Made by a program: the position numbers and the translations under genes. A stretch of DNA of 64,000 nt from a bacterium (GTDB taxonomy: Bacteria > UBA8248): the NCBI GenBank assembly GCA_965213625.1, contig CBDBZU010000004.1, positions 2,208,001 through 2,272,000 of the forward strand. Reading direction: 5' to 3'. The stretch's first letter is position 1, and every line of letters starts with the position of its first letter. Of this stretch, positions 54,930-64,000 are shown one piece after another. The notes under the pieces were generated by a model. The model was not told where the DNA came from. It made no database searches and worked only from the letters and a program-made list of their open reading frames with translations.

Positions 54930-55790
54930 TTGATTGAATATATCTTCGAGTTCTGGTGGATGCTGCCTGTCGCTTTTTGCGTGTGCCTCACGGCGACGAG
55001 TACGAGCGTGGAGGGCGCGGTTTTCTTCGCGCCCATTTTCATCCTTCTTTTCCCCTGGGCGGCGGGTGTGACCATCGTCCCCCTGGAGGCCGTTTTTCTC
55101 GCGCTTTCCATCGAGATTTTCGGGTTCGGCAGCGCGCTCACCGGCTATATGAGAAGAAGACTGGTGGATTACGAGATCGCCAAGAAGGTGCTCGTCGTAT
55201 CCATCCCCGTGGGCATGGCGTTCGGTTTCCTGGCCCATTCGGTGCCCGCCAGACTCATCCTGGGCCTTCTGGGCGGGATGATGGTGCTTCTTTCGGTCGC
55301 CATGCTCTACGCTTTCCTGCAAGGCGGAATCCAAGAGGCGGAACAGGCCGAGGGAGCCGGTAAACCCACCCGCACGGATGCGGCGGGCAGGAGGTACTGG
55401 TATCGCTACGAGCACGGGGCTTTCGGCCACAGTTGGTCGGCGCTCGGAGGTGTTCTCGTGGGTTTTACGGGCATCGGCATCGGGGAGCTCACGACCACCG
55501 CCTTGATAGTCAAGGACAAGCTGCCCGTTCGCGTGGCGGTGGGCACGGGAATCCTGATCGTCTTCGCGACGGTGCTGCCCGCCACCCTGGTGCATGCCTA
55601 CGTGTTTTCATCCGGCGAGGTGAACGTGCACTGGAACATCCTGTTCATGACGATCCCCGCGGTCGCCTGCGGCGGTCAGATATCGCCCTTCATCAACAAC
55701 CGCGTCGATGGCGAAAAGATGAAGGTGTTTCTCTCCTTCGTCTTCATATTCGTGGGCGTATTGCTTCTCTGGCGCTCCCTGGGCGGCTAG
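54930..55790 (+). CDS. TauE/SafE (DUF81) family membrane exporter
   Basis: Multi-TM; GAVFFAP, GIGIGE, AVGT repeated halves. Confidence 0.7.
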   Translation: MIEYIFEFWWMLPVAFCVCLTATSTSVEGAVFFAPIFILLFPWAAGVTIVPLEAVFLALSIEIFGFGSALTGYMRRRLVDYEIAKKVLVVSIPVGMAFGFLAHSVPARLILGLLGGMMVLLSVAMLYAFLQGGIQEAEQAEGAGKPTRTDAAGRRYWYRYEHGAFGHSWSALGGVLVGFTGIGIGELTTTALIVKDKLPVRVAVGTGILIVFATVLPATLVHAYVFSSGEVNVHWNILFMTIPAVACGGQISPFINNRVDGEKMKVFLSFVFIFVGVLLLWRSLGG

Positions 55791-55800
55791 GCGCGACCTC

Positions 55801-56799
55801 TTGGTTGAGCACAACCAACCCATCGTCGTCGTAGGCCCCGGCGCCGTCGGCTCCATACTTGCAGCGCAACTGCAGAAAAACCTCCCCGAGCGCAAAGTGT
55901 ATCTGGCGGGTTCGGCTCACCCGAGCCCGGAGACGTCCGCGCATCTGGCTGAAATAGAAAAGAACGGCGTCAAGGTCCACGGCGAGTCGGCCTGTGCCGC
56001 GCGACCCCTGGTGTGCAGGGGAGCGGTGGATATCACGGCCTCTTATCTTTTTTTCACCGTGAAGGCGGGGCGAGTCGAAGCGGCGTCGGCGGCGTTTTCA
56101 AACATGGCGGGCGAGGGGACAGTCACGGCCGTATTTTCGAACGGGCTGGACGTTTGCAAGGATCTCCCGCCCTCTTATCGGGAACGCGGGGTCGTGCGGG
56201 GCCTCATCAACACGGGGGCGGAGATCACGCAGCCGGGGCACGTGAACCAGTTCGGCGCGCTGGACGTCACCCTCGCCCCTGAGCCGGGAGCCGCGGGTGA
56301 CGCAGCGCACGTGAGGCGATTGGCGGAATTCCTGGAACCTCTCGGAATACGCGTCCGCCAGAAACGCGACGGAAAAGAGGCGGAGTGGATAAAGGCGGTG
56401 GCCAACGCTGTCATCAACCCGCTGGGGGCCGCGCTTGAGCTCAGAAACGGCGAGTTGCTGGAAACGCCATCCGCCGCAGTGCTCGTAGACGCCCTGGCGA
56501 AGGAGTTGCAGGCGCTCATCGACGCAGAAGGCATGACGCTCGACGCTCTTGCGATCGTCCGCGAAACAGCCCGCGCAACGGCGGGCAACAGAAATTCCAT
56601 GTGGCAGGACTTGATGCGGGGCCGCCGAAGCGAGATCCGCGAAGTGACGGGACGCTTTATCGAGCGCGCGGATGCGCTCGGGGTCTTGTTTTCCGCCCAT
56701 AAATCGCTGTATTATCGGGTATTATCTCTAGAAAAAGATTCTTCCTCCCGTGATGCGCATGGCGATGAGCGCCTTGACATCGAAGGAGGAAATTCATAA
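55801..56799 (+). CDS. panE: Ketopantoate reductase
   Basis: GPGAVG, TVKA, NGL, W.KAVANAVINPL, NSMWQD...GRRSEI; adjacent to panB. Confidence 0.85.
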   Translation: MVEHNQPIVVVGPGAVGSILAAQLQKNLPERKVYLAGSAHPSPETSAHLAEIEKNGVKVHGESACAARPLVCRGAVDITASYLFFTVKAGRVEAASAAFSNMAGEGTVTAVFSNGLDVCKDLPPSYRERGVVRGLINTGAEITQPGHVNQFGALDVTLAPEPGAAGDAAHVRRLAEFLEPLGIRVRQKRDGKEAEWIKAVANAVINPLGAALELRNGELLETPSAAVLVDALAKELQALIDAEGMTLDALAIVRETARATAGNRNSMWQDLMRGRRSEIREVTGRFIERADALGVLFSAHKSLYYRVLSLEKDSSSRDAHGDERLDIEGGNS

Positions 56800-56810
56800 T
56801 CATTACAAGC

Positions 56811-56839
56811 TGTGCCGGGAGCCGCTGGCCCTGGACACA
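56811..56839 (+). ncRNA. Candidate pan-motif-like cis-regulatory hairpin
   Basis: TGTG-CC-GGG-A-GCC(gct)GGC-CCT-GG-A-CACA; stem with two bulged A's in the panB leader. Confidence 0.45.
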
Positions 56840-56904
56840 TTGACGTGAAAGCAAAGTATCTCATTCAGCCCTGCAACAGGCGTTCACCCAGAGAGGGAGC
56901 GACC

Positions 56905-57777
56905 ATGAGCACAAAAAGCCTCGCCAAGCTGTATTCCAACGGTAAAAATTCCACCAACGGTAACGGCGCGCACAAGAAAACGCGCAGAAAAGTCACCACC
57001 GCCACCATTCGGGCGCGCAAGGGCGGGAAGAAAATCACCTCCGTCACCGCGTACGACTACCCCACGGCGAAACTCGTGGATGGCGCCGACGTGGACGTCA
57101 TTCTGGTCGGCGACAGCCTGGGGATGGTGGTTCTGGGGTATCCCGACACGACCAAGGTGACTCTGGGCGATATGGTGCACCACACCCGGGCCGTGAGCCG
57201 CGCGAATCCCAAGGCGCTGCTCGTGGCCGACCTGCCGTTTCTGAGCTTTGGGGTCAGCGTGCGCGACACCATTCTGAACGCGGGCCGCCTCATCCAGGAG
57301 GGCTGTGCCGAGGCGGTGAAGCTCGAGGGCGGCGTACGCGTGAAAGACGAGATACGCGCGGTGGTGGACAGCCAGATTCCCGTGATGGGGCACGTGGGCC
57401 TCACCCCCCAGAGCGTCCATGCGTTCGGCGGCTTCAAGGTGCAGGGAAAGACCGACGAAGGGGCGGATCAGGTGCTGCGCGACGCGGTGGCCGTGCAGGA
57501 GGGCGGCGCATTCTCCATCGTGCTAGAGGGCATTCCGTCGGCCCTGGGCGCCCGCGTGACGCGAGAAGTCGATATTCCCACCATCGGCATCGGGGCAGGC
57601 CCCGATTGCGACGGCCAGGTGCTCGTCACCCACGACATGCTTCGTTTGTTCAGCGATTTCACGCCGAAATTCGTGCGCGTGTATGCCGATGTCGGAGAAA
57701 TGACCACCGAAGCGGTAGAACGCTACTGCCAGGAGGTGAGAGAAGGCGCGTTTCCTGCGGAGGAGCATTGTTTCTGA
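56905..57777 (+). CDS. panB: 3-methyl-2-oxobutanoate hydroxymethyltransferase
   Basis: TAYD, LVGDSLG, AVKLEGG, GHVGLTPQ, IGIGAG..CDGQVLV. Confidence 0.98.
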   Translation: MSTKSLAKLYSNGKNSTNGNGAHKKTRRKVTTATIRARKGGKKITSVTAYDYPTAKLVDGADVDVILVGDSLGMVVLGYPDTTKVTLGDMVHHTRAVSRANPKALLVADLPFLSFGVSVRDTILNAGRLIQEGCAEAVKLEGGVRVKDEIRAVVDSQIPVMGHVGLTPQSVHAFGGFKVQGKTDEGADQVLRDAVAVQEGGAFSIVLEGIPSALGARVTREVDIPTIGIGAGPDCDGQVLVTHDMLRLFSDFTPKFVRVYADVGEMTTEAVERYCQEVREGAFPAEEHCF

Positions 57778-57917
57778 TATTCCTCATCCCGGCCTGGCCT
57801 CGGGGTTTGTTCAGAAGGTGGATTCTTCTTAGAGGAAATTCACGCCTCTCTTTTTTTTATCAGTAGAGTCCCGGACATGATTCCCAAGCGCATCTGAACG
57901 CATGGCGGGGGGTATCC

Positions 57918-58634
57918 ATGACAGCGCTGGCGCAGGCCGTAAGGTTCTTGACGGTTTTGCCATGGCCGGGTGCGCCTCGGGAACATGAGCCTGTCGACAT
58001 GGCGCGCGCGCTCGTGCGCTTCCCTTTCGTTGGCCTGCTGATCGGAGTGGTCCTCTTCGTTTTGGACTGGGCGCTTGCAAGTGTCTTTTCCGTTTCGGTG
58101 CGAAGCGTCCTGCTCATTTTCACACTCATTGTTTTGACCCGAGGAAATTCCCTGAGCGGATTGTCGGATTTCGCGGCAGCGCTTGGGTCTGGAAATCACG
58201 CAAAAGAAGGGTCCCCGGTATCGATGGGCTTCCTGCTCATCCTCGGCGCGCTCCTGCTCAAAATTGTCGCCCTAAGTGAATTGCAGGGAAAAGAGCGCTA
58301 CCTTGCGCTCCTGGTCTCGCCCATCCTCGCCCGCGCGGCGATGGCCAACCTCATCGCGTCGTCTCCGGCCGCGCAGGAAGTGGGGGAGGCGAATAGCCTG
58401 GGAATCACTCGGCCGTCAAGCCCGCGAGAAGGATATATTGCGCTGGGCTGGTCATTTCTGCTCTGCTTTCTCCTGGCATGGTTCTGGGGACTATTCCTGG
58501 CTATCGTGGCCGTGGGTGTTACATGGGGTCTCAAGCGCCTCCTCGGTAAACCAGACAAGAAGCCAAGGGATGCGCCCGGCGCCGCGAGTGAAATCGTCGA
58601 GACCATGACTCTTGTTCTTTTTTCTTCATGGTAA
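57918..58634 (+). CDS. CobS-like membrane protein (signature motifs degenerate)
   Basis: A..FLT.LP, FP.VG..IG, L.LK..AL, GA..E..E match CobS, but HxDG and MKDS motifs are absent. Confidence 0.7.
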   Translation: MTALAQAVRFLTVLPWPGAPREHEPVDMARALVRFPFVGLLIGVVLFVLDWALASVFSVSVRSVLLIFTLIVLTRGNSLSGLSDFAAALGSGNHAKEGSPVSMGFLLILGALLLKIVALSELQGKERYLALLVSPILARAAMANLIASSPAAQEVGEANSLGITRPSSPREGYIALGWSFLLCFLLAWFWGLFLAIVAVGVTWGLKRLLGKPDKKPRDAPGAASEIVETMTLVLFSSW

Positions 58635-58847
58635 AAGATTTTTTCCTGTTTTTCCCATCCTGGTTATAGCACTCTCCCACATTTCCCCACTATGATTTTT
58701 ATTAAAGTTTAACTTCAGTGTATTAAAAAGAATTATTAAGGTAATACTTTAAATTATTTGTCCAGATAAGATGATAATTATATGATATATTTACTGGTTT
58801 ATATTTACAGAAACCATTGTTTTTTATTACTTTTTTAAATTTTCGTG

Positions 58848-58912
58848 TTGACAGAGATTCTATCCGGGGGTATATATGTAAATTCAGGTGGGAGAATATG
58901 GGGTAAAGTGGG
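58848..58912 (+). promoter_or_regulatory. dcw promoter with MraZ-binding repeats
   Basis: TTGACA-17-TATATA, then GTGGG/ATGGG/GTGGG at 58888, 58898 and 58908 (10-bp period). Confidence 0.75.
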
Positions 58913-58925
58913 AGGTGCAGGCAGG

Positions 58926-59375
58926 ATGCTCATCAGTTCCCATGCGGTCTCTGTGGATGCGAAGGGTCGGGTCAGTATTCCGGCGCGGTTCAGGGAATAT
59001 CTGAGCGCCAAATACGGCGACCAGGTCGTTCTTCTCGGCAAGGACGGCTGCATATTCGCGTATCCCGTGGAGGAGTGGAAGCGCAGGTTCAGCGAGAAGC
59101 TCAGTGAGCTTTCCACCTCCACCAAAGAGGTTCGCCGCACTCTACGCAGGCTCTATGGCCGCGCCGAATCATGTGAGTTCGACCGGCAAGGCAGGATCCT
59201 ACTGCCCTCCAAACTGCGAACAAGTTCTTCCATCGAGAAAGAAGCCGTTATCGTTGGCATCGAGAACAAGCTCGAGATTTGGGACAAGGGAAGATGGGAT
59301 CAGGAAATGGGTGATGTGGACGATGGGGCCGCTGATGAACTTCCAGATGAGGATTTGATCGAATTCGAATTCTGA
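58926..59375 (+). CDS. mraZ: Division/cell wall cluster regulator MraZ
   Basis: VDAKGRVSIPARFR, DRQGRILLP, LEIWD. Confidence 0.95.
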   Translation: MLISSHAVSVDAKGRVSIPARFREYLSAKYGDQVVLLGKDGCIFAYPVEEWKRRFSEKLSELSTSTKEVRRTLRRLYGRAESCEFDRQGRILLPSKLRTSSSIEKEAVIVGIENKLEIWDKGRWDQEMGDVDDGAADELPDEDLIEFEF

Positions 59376-59399
59376 TGCGGGCTCAAAGGGGGAGCGAGG

Positions 59400-60404
59400 G
59401 TGTTTGCCGCACTGGAAAAACCAATTTCAAGCGAATATGCCGCAAAGGAATATTTTTGCGGTGAGAATATGGAAATGACGGCATCTCACGTCCCGGTCAT
59501 GGTTCAGGAGGTCTTGCGCTTCCTGGCGCCATCTCCGGGCGCTGTGTTCTTGGATACTACCTTGGGCGGAGGGGAACATGGCGACGCGGTTTTGGATGCG
59601 GTTCAGCCATCGGGTGTGCTGATCGGCTGTGACCGGGACCGGGATGCTGTCGAAATCTGCAGGAAGCGGTTGGCGAAACACGGGCCCGCCGCCAGAATTC
59701 ATCATGCGCATCATGGCGAAATGAAGCGCATCGTGAGGGCTGAGGGGTATGAGTCGGTCGACGGCGTATTGTTCGACCTCGGCCTTTCCTCGATGCAGCT
59801 CGACACGCCCGGCCGCGGGTTCCGCATGAACGCGCCCGAGCCGCTGGACATGCGAATGGACCAGACGCAGGGGCCGACCGCGGCGGATTTGGTCAATCAA
59901 TTGCCGGAAGAAGAACTCGCCAATCTCATCTATCGATATGGGGAAGAACGCCACTCCCGCGCCATCGCGCGCGCCATCGGACGGGCGCGCGCGGGTGCGG
60001 GTGGAGGCGTGAGACATTGCGATGAACTCGCATCGATCATCGCCTCTGTAGCCGCCAGGAGGAGCGGCCGCCGCGGGAGGAGTTGGCGCATTCATCCTGC
60101 CACCAGGACGTTCCAGGCGCTGCGCATCGCCGTGAACCGGGAGATGGAGACGCTCGAGGAATCCTTGCGCGATGCGGTGGACCTCCTGCGTCCGGGCGGG
60201 CGCATCGTTGTCATCAGCTTCCATTCGCTCGAAGACAGAATCGTCAAGAATCTCTTTCGTGAACTCGCAGGCGGCGATGAGCCGACCCTCGAAATACTCA
60301 CGCGCAGAGTCGTACGGCCCGATGAGTCGGAAGTGAGAGAAAACCCGCGCAGCCGCAGCGCGAAACTTCGCGCCGCCGAGCGCCTCGGGGGTTCTGGAAG
60401 ATGA
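59400..60404 (+). CDS. rsmH: 16S rRNA m4C1402 methyltransferase (start may be 59469/59475)
   Basis: HVPVM, D.TLGGG.H, DLGLSS.QLD, HPATRTFQALRI.VN, SFHSLEDR, NPRSRSAKLR. Confidence 0.97.
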   Translation: MFAALEKPISSEYAAKEYFCGENMEMTASHVPVMVQEVLRFLAPSPGAVFLDTTLGGGEHGDAVLDAVQPSGVLIGCDRDRDAVEICRKRLAKHGPAARIHHAHHGEMKRIVRAEGYESVDGVLFDLGLSSMQLDTPGRGFRMNAPEPLDMRMDQTQGPTAADLVNQLPEEELANLIYRYGEERHSRAIARAIGRARAGAGGGVRHCDELASIIASVAARRSGRRGRSWRIHPATRTFQALRIAVNREMETLEESLRDAVDLLRPGGRIVVISFHSLEDRIVKNLFRELAGGDEPTLEILTRRVVRPDESEVRENPRSRSAKLRAAERLGGSGR

Positions 60405-60763
60405 GGCGCTCGAAAAACCGGAGCGGGTGGCGAGAGAGGTTAGGCGCGTTTTTTTCCGGCAAGGAATCCGTCGGCTCGAGCATTTCGCTGCTTAAAGCAG
60501 GTTTGTGCATTACTTTCATCGCATGCAGCGCCGCCGCTTTGGTGTGGCCGCATCTGGAAATGGTGAAGATCGGCTATCGCCTGGCGTATTTAGAAAACCA
60601 AAGAGATAAGCTCATGCAGGACAGGCGTGTCTTGCGTATAGAAGTGGCGGCGCTTCGTCAGTTGGATCGCATTGAGTCGATTGCGCGAAAAAAAATGGAA
60701 ATGGTTTTTCCAGATCCCGGGCAAATAGTGTATGTAAAAGTAGGGCCCGGAAGTGTAGAATAA
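60401..60763 (+). CDS. ftsL: Cell division protein FtsL
   Basis: Single TM, coiled coil, RIESIAR..M..P; lies between rsmH and ftsI. Confidence 0.85.
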   Translation: MRRSKNRSGWRERLGAFFSGKESVGSSISLLKAGLCITFIACSAAALVWPHLEMVKIGYRLAYLENQRDKLMQDRRVLRIEVAALRQLDRIESIARKKMEMVFPDPGQIVYVKVGPGSVE

Positions 60764-60800
60764 CCATCACTTCCTCCTCCCGCCCTTGGCAGGTTGGTCC

Positions 60801-62654
60801 ATGAAGCAGGGCTTCTCTCGTCGCTTGATGGTTTGCGGCTCCTTGGTGGTGTTTGGATTCTGCATGTTGGGCGTCAAGCTCTTCATCATCCAAATCCGCG
60901 ACCGTGACCACCTCGTGGCCTATGCGGAGCGCCAGTTGCGCCGCACGCTCGCGGTACGCCCCAGGCGCGGAGACGTCGTGGATGCGCGGGGACGGCCTCT
61001 GGCTGTGAGCATCAAAGCGCCTTCTCTTTTCGCCAACGCCAGGGTAGTGGCTGATCCCAGGAAAACTTCACTCGAGCTCAAAAAAATACTGGGCGGCTCG
61101 GCGAAAGAATATTTCGAAAAATTGAATGGCCGCCGCAGTTACGTGTGGCTCAAGCGGAAGATAAATCCCGATCAGCAGAGAAAAATCGAAAAATTGGGGA
61201 TAGACGGCCTGGGTTTCGTCACCGAGAGCAGGCGGTTCTATCCAAAGCGTGAACTCGCTTCGTCTCTGGTCGGCTTCGTCGGCGTGGATGACGCGGGCAT
61301 GTACGGTGTTGAGCAATCCTACCAGGAGCACATGGGGGGGCGAGTAGGGCGCATCCGTATCCAGCGCGACGCGAAGGGGAGGTCGGTTCATCCCGAATCC
61401 AGGGTACTCGTGCCCGCGCGTCCGGGCGCGGACGTTCGTCTCACCATCGATGAGGTGCTTCAGTATATCGTCGAAAAAGAGTTGAGCGCCCAGGTCCGCC
61501 GGGTGGGCGCGCGGCGCGCTATCGGGGTGATGGTCGAGCCTCAAAGTGGAAGGATTCTGGCTCTGGCGTCCGTGCCGGGCTTCAACCCCAACACGTATAA
61601 ACAATATGGCGCATCCCTTTGGAAAGAGCCCGCCATTCAGGAATTCTACGAGCCCGGCTCGACGTTCAAGTTCGTCACGGCGGCAGCCTATCTGGATGCA
61701 GGCGAATTGCTCTCGAAAAAGTATTTTGCCGAAAACGGCTCCTACAAGTTTGGAGGGGGGCGTTACACACTCCGCGATCACAAGAAATACGGCTGGCTCA
61801 CAGCCGAAGAGGTGATAACGAACTCATCGAACATCGGCGCCTTCAAGATGGCGCGTGATATCGGCAAGCACCAGCTCTATTTCATGGCGCACCGATTCGG
61901 TTTTGGACGCAAGACGAGTATCAGTTTCCCCGGAGAAGCCCGGGGTGTACTCCGTGCGCCGAAGAAATGGTCGAAAACCTCGTTGGCGGCGGTAGCTATC
62001 GGTCAGGAAGTAGGCGTCACCCCGCTTCAGATGGTGATGGCCGTGGCCGCGGTGGCGAACGGCGGCCTGATGCCCAGGCCCGTGCTGCACGATTCTATCG
62101 AACGCGACGGCAAGAGGACGCTCCCGGCCCAGGGGCCTGGGTTCAGGCGCGTTCTCTCGCGCCGTGTGGCAAAGCGTCTCGGTGCACTGATGAGAAAAGT
62201 TGTGGCCGAGGGTACGGGGAAGAAGGCCGAAATACCAGGCTATGGAGCGGCTGGGAAGACGGGCACGGCGCAGAAGGTTCTCCCGGGCCAAAGGGGTTAC
62301 AGCCGCTCGGATTTCATTATGTCGTTCGTGGGATTCGCTCCCTATGAGAATCCCCGCTTCGCCCTTATCGTCATCTTCGACGAGGGCAATGCGCCCGGAG
62401 GCGCATGGGGGGGGACGATTGCGGCGCCGGTTTGGCGGCGAATCGCCTGGCAGGCGCTGCGCTACATGCGTGTGCCTCCGAAGGGAGCCAGGGTGTTGCA
62501 GGTGGCGGACTCGCGCCCCCGGGTCCGTGTTCGCGCAAATGCGGAAAACGGAAATCGAACGATAGGCGAGAAGATTCTGGACGCAGCAAGAGATGTGCGC
62601 CGTTATCTGCATGGTGATCGAGCGCAGGCGGCTTCATGGGATGCGGTGCGTTGA
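60801..62654 (+). CDS. ftsI: Class B penicillin-binding protein (FtsI/PBP3)
   Basis: RG...D..G, RFYP, G..GVE, YEPGSTFK, SSN, GKTGTAQK. Confidence 0.92.
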   Translation: MKQGFSRRLMVCGSLVVFGFCMLGVKLFIIQIRDRDHLVAYAERQLRRTLAVRPRRGDVVDARGRPLAVSIKAPSLFANARVVADPRKTSLELKKILGGSAKEYFEKLNGRRSYVWLKRKINPDQQRKIEKLGIDGLGFVTESRRFYPKRELASSLVGFVGVDDAGMYGVEQSYQEHMGGRVGRIRIQRDAKGRSVHPESRVLVPARPGADVRLTIDEVLQYIVEKELSAQVRRVGARRAIGVMVEPQSGRILALASVPGFNPNTYKQYGASLWKEPAIQEFYEPGSTFKFVTAAAYLDAGELLSKKYFAENGSYKFGGGRYTLRDHKKYGWLTAEEVITNSSNIGAFKMARDIGKHQLYFMAHRFGFGRKTSISFPGEARGVLRAPKKWSKTSLAAVAIGQEVGVTPLQMVMAVAAVANGGLMPRPVLHDSIERDGKRTLPAQGPGFRRVLSRRVAKRLGALMRKVVAEGTGKKAEIPGYGAAGKTGTAQKVLPGQRGYSRSDFIMSFVGFAPYENPRFALIVIFDEGNAPGGAWGGTIAAPVWRRIAWQALRYMRVPPKGARVLQVADSRPRVRVRANAENGNRTIGEKILDAARDVRRYLHGDRAQAASWDAVR

Positions 62655-62662
62655 ACGGAGCA

Positions 62663-64000
62663 ATGGTCGTGAGTGAGAAAAACGCCTCATTTGAGGAATT
62701 AACGCAGGCATTGACCGGAGAGAGAGGTACGGGAGATTTCTCCGCGCTAATTACCGGCGTGGCCTACGATTCGCGCATTGTCCAGCCGGGCGACGTATTC
62801 GTTGCGGTCGCTGGTTTCCAGGTCGACGGGCACGACTTCGTCAAAGACGCGGTCGAGAGAGGTGCCGCCGCCCTCGTCGTGGAGAGGCGAATAGAGGGCG
62901 TCCCCCCCGAGGTGCCCCAGTTTATCGCGCCTTCCGGACGCGAGGTCTTATCCCGCATCGGCGATGCGTTCTATGGGCATCCCTCGGGAGATCTGGCGCT
63001 CATCGGCGTCACGGGCACCAACGGCAAGACGACTACCGCGTTTCTTATCGACGCGATTCTCCGCTCATCGGGCAGGCGCACCGGCTTGATGGGGACGATT
63101 CATTACCGTGTGGGCGATGAGGTGTTCGAGGAGCCGCGCACCACATCGGAAGGCCCCGACGTTCAGCGGTATCTACGCAGGATGGTGGACGCAGGCGCTT
63201 CTCATGCCGTGATGGAAGTGTCGAGTCACGGACTGTCCCTGGACAGACTGCTCGGTTGTGAATTTCAGGCGGCGGTTTTTACGAATCTCACCCAGGACCA
63301 TCTCGATTTTCATGGCGACATGGAATCTTATTTTCAGGCGAAATTAAAGCTGTTCAGAGAGTTTTCGCCCGCAAACTCCATCGTCAACGTCGATGACGCC
63401 TTCGGGAAAAGAATCGCTGCGGAAGTGCGGGGAGATGTCTGGACGTACGCCCTGGACACCGGGGCGGACCTCGGCGTGGAGGACCTCTCGAACTCATCAG
63501 CAGGCATGTGTTTTCAGATGCTGACGCCCGCCGGAGCGGTGAGGGTCGAAACGGCGCTCATCGGCCACCACAACCTGAGCAACATCCTGGCCGCATCGGC
63601 GGCGTGCCTCTCCCAGGGTTTGACGCCCGATGAAGTGGCGGCGGGGGTCGCGTCTTTGGAGAACATCCCCGGACGTTTCGAGAAGGTCGACATGGGCCAG
63701 CCCTTCCTGGTGGTGGTGGATTACGCGCACACCGAGGACGCCCTCGCCCGCGTGCTGGAGTTCGCCCGGCCCGTCACGGAGAAGAGAATTCTTACCCTCA
63801 TGGGATGCGGGGGCGACAGGGACATAAAAAAACGTCCCCTCATGGCCGCCGCCGCCCTGCGGGCGAGCGACTACGTGGTGATGACGTCCGACAATCCGCG
63901 CACCGAAGACCCTGCGTCGATCCTGAGAGAAGTCGAATCCGGCGCCGCTCTCGCTTCCGGGAGCGATGGTCGCTGGCGCAGCATTCTGGACAGGCGCGAG
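62663..64000 (+). CDS. murE: UDP-MurNAc-tripeptide synthetase, meso-DAP type (3' truncated by window edge)
   Basis: Read manually because it is absent from the ORF track: YDSR, DGHDF, GVTGTNGKTT, MEVSSH, DYAH, GCGGDRD, SDNPR. Confidence 0.95.
   Translation, partial: MVVSEKNASFEELTQALTGERGTGDFSALITGVAYDSRIVQPGDVFVAVAGFQVDGHDFVKDAVERGAAALVVERRIEGVPPEVPQFIAPSGREVLSRIGDAFYGHPSGDLALIGVTGTNGKTTTAFLIDAILRSSGRRTGLMGTIHYRVGDEVFEEPRTTSEGPDVQRYLRRMVDAGASHAVMEVSSHGLSLDRLLGCEFQAAVFTNLTQDHLDFHGDMESYFQAKLKLFREFSPANSIVNVDDAFGKRIAAEVRGDVWTYALDTGADLGVEDLSNSSAGMCFQMLTPAGAVRVETALIGHHNLSNILAASAACLSQGLTPDEVAAGVASLENIPGRFEKVDMGQPFLVVVDYAHTEDALARVLEFARPVTEKRILTLMGCGGDRDIKKRPLMAAAALRASDYVVMTSDNPRTEDPASILREVESGAALASGSDGRWRSILDRRE

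Overview
A GC-rich bacterial chromosomal window in which almost every gene lies on the + strand. The gene order (ileS-lspA-rluD; DUF507 pair-coaE-rho-rpmE-prfA-prmC-murA-his; dnaG-rpoD-tRNA(CAT)-Zn ribbon-RNase H-rnpB; mraZ-rsmH-ftsL-ftsI-murE) resembles Nitrospinota/deltaproteobacteria-like lineages; that placement is inference. The first ~9.6 kb is an accessory catabolic patch: tandem Gfo/Idh/MocA oxidoreductases, STAS protein, haloalkane dehalogenase, Mrr-N-like remnant, two cupins, two alpha/beta hydrolases, enoyl-CoA hydratase and nitroreductase. It contains a complete IS1111-type IS110 element. That element's downstream non-coding region holds a readable bridge/seek-RNA-like structure: its guide segments match both the actual insertion site (a REP-like palindrome) and the predicted circle junction, and the junction reconstitutes a sigma70 promoter. 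The rest is housekeeping (aaRS, acyl-CoA catabolism, glycine cleavage, his, folate/pantothenate, dcw) with 2 tRNAs and RNase P RNA. Other notable items: two copies of a nested MITE/REP-like element in the his operon whose inner segment is flipped between copies, a degenerate WYL regulator behind tRNA-Gly/PHP, a candidate pan-motif hairpin, a CobS homologue lacking its signature motifs, an L31 with a ~110-aa extension, a structured ~310-nt leader before mutS2, and opposed MraZ boxes. All calls come from reading motifs by eye; no database searches were run.
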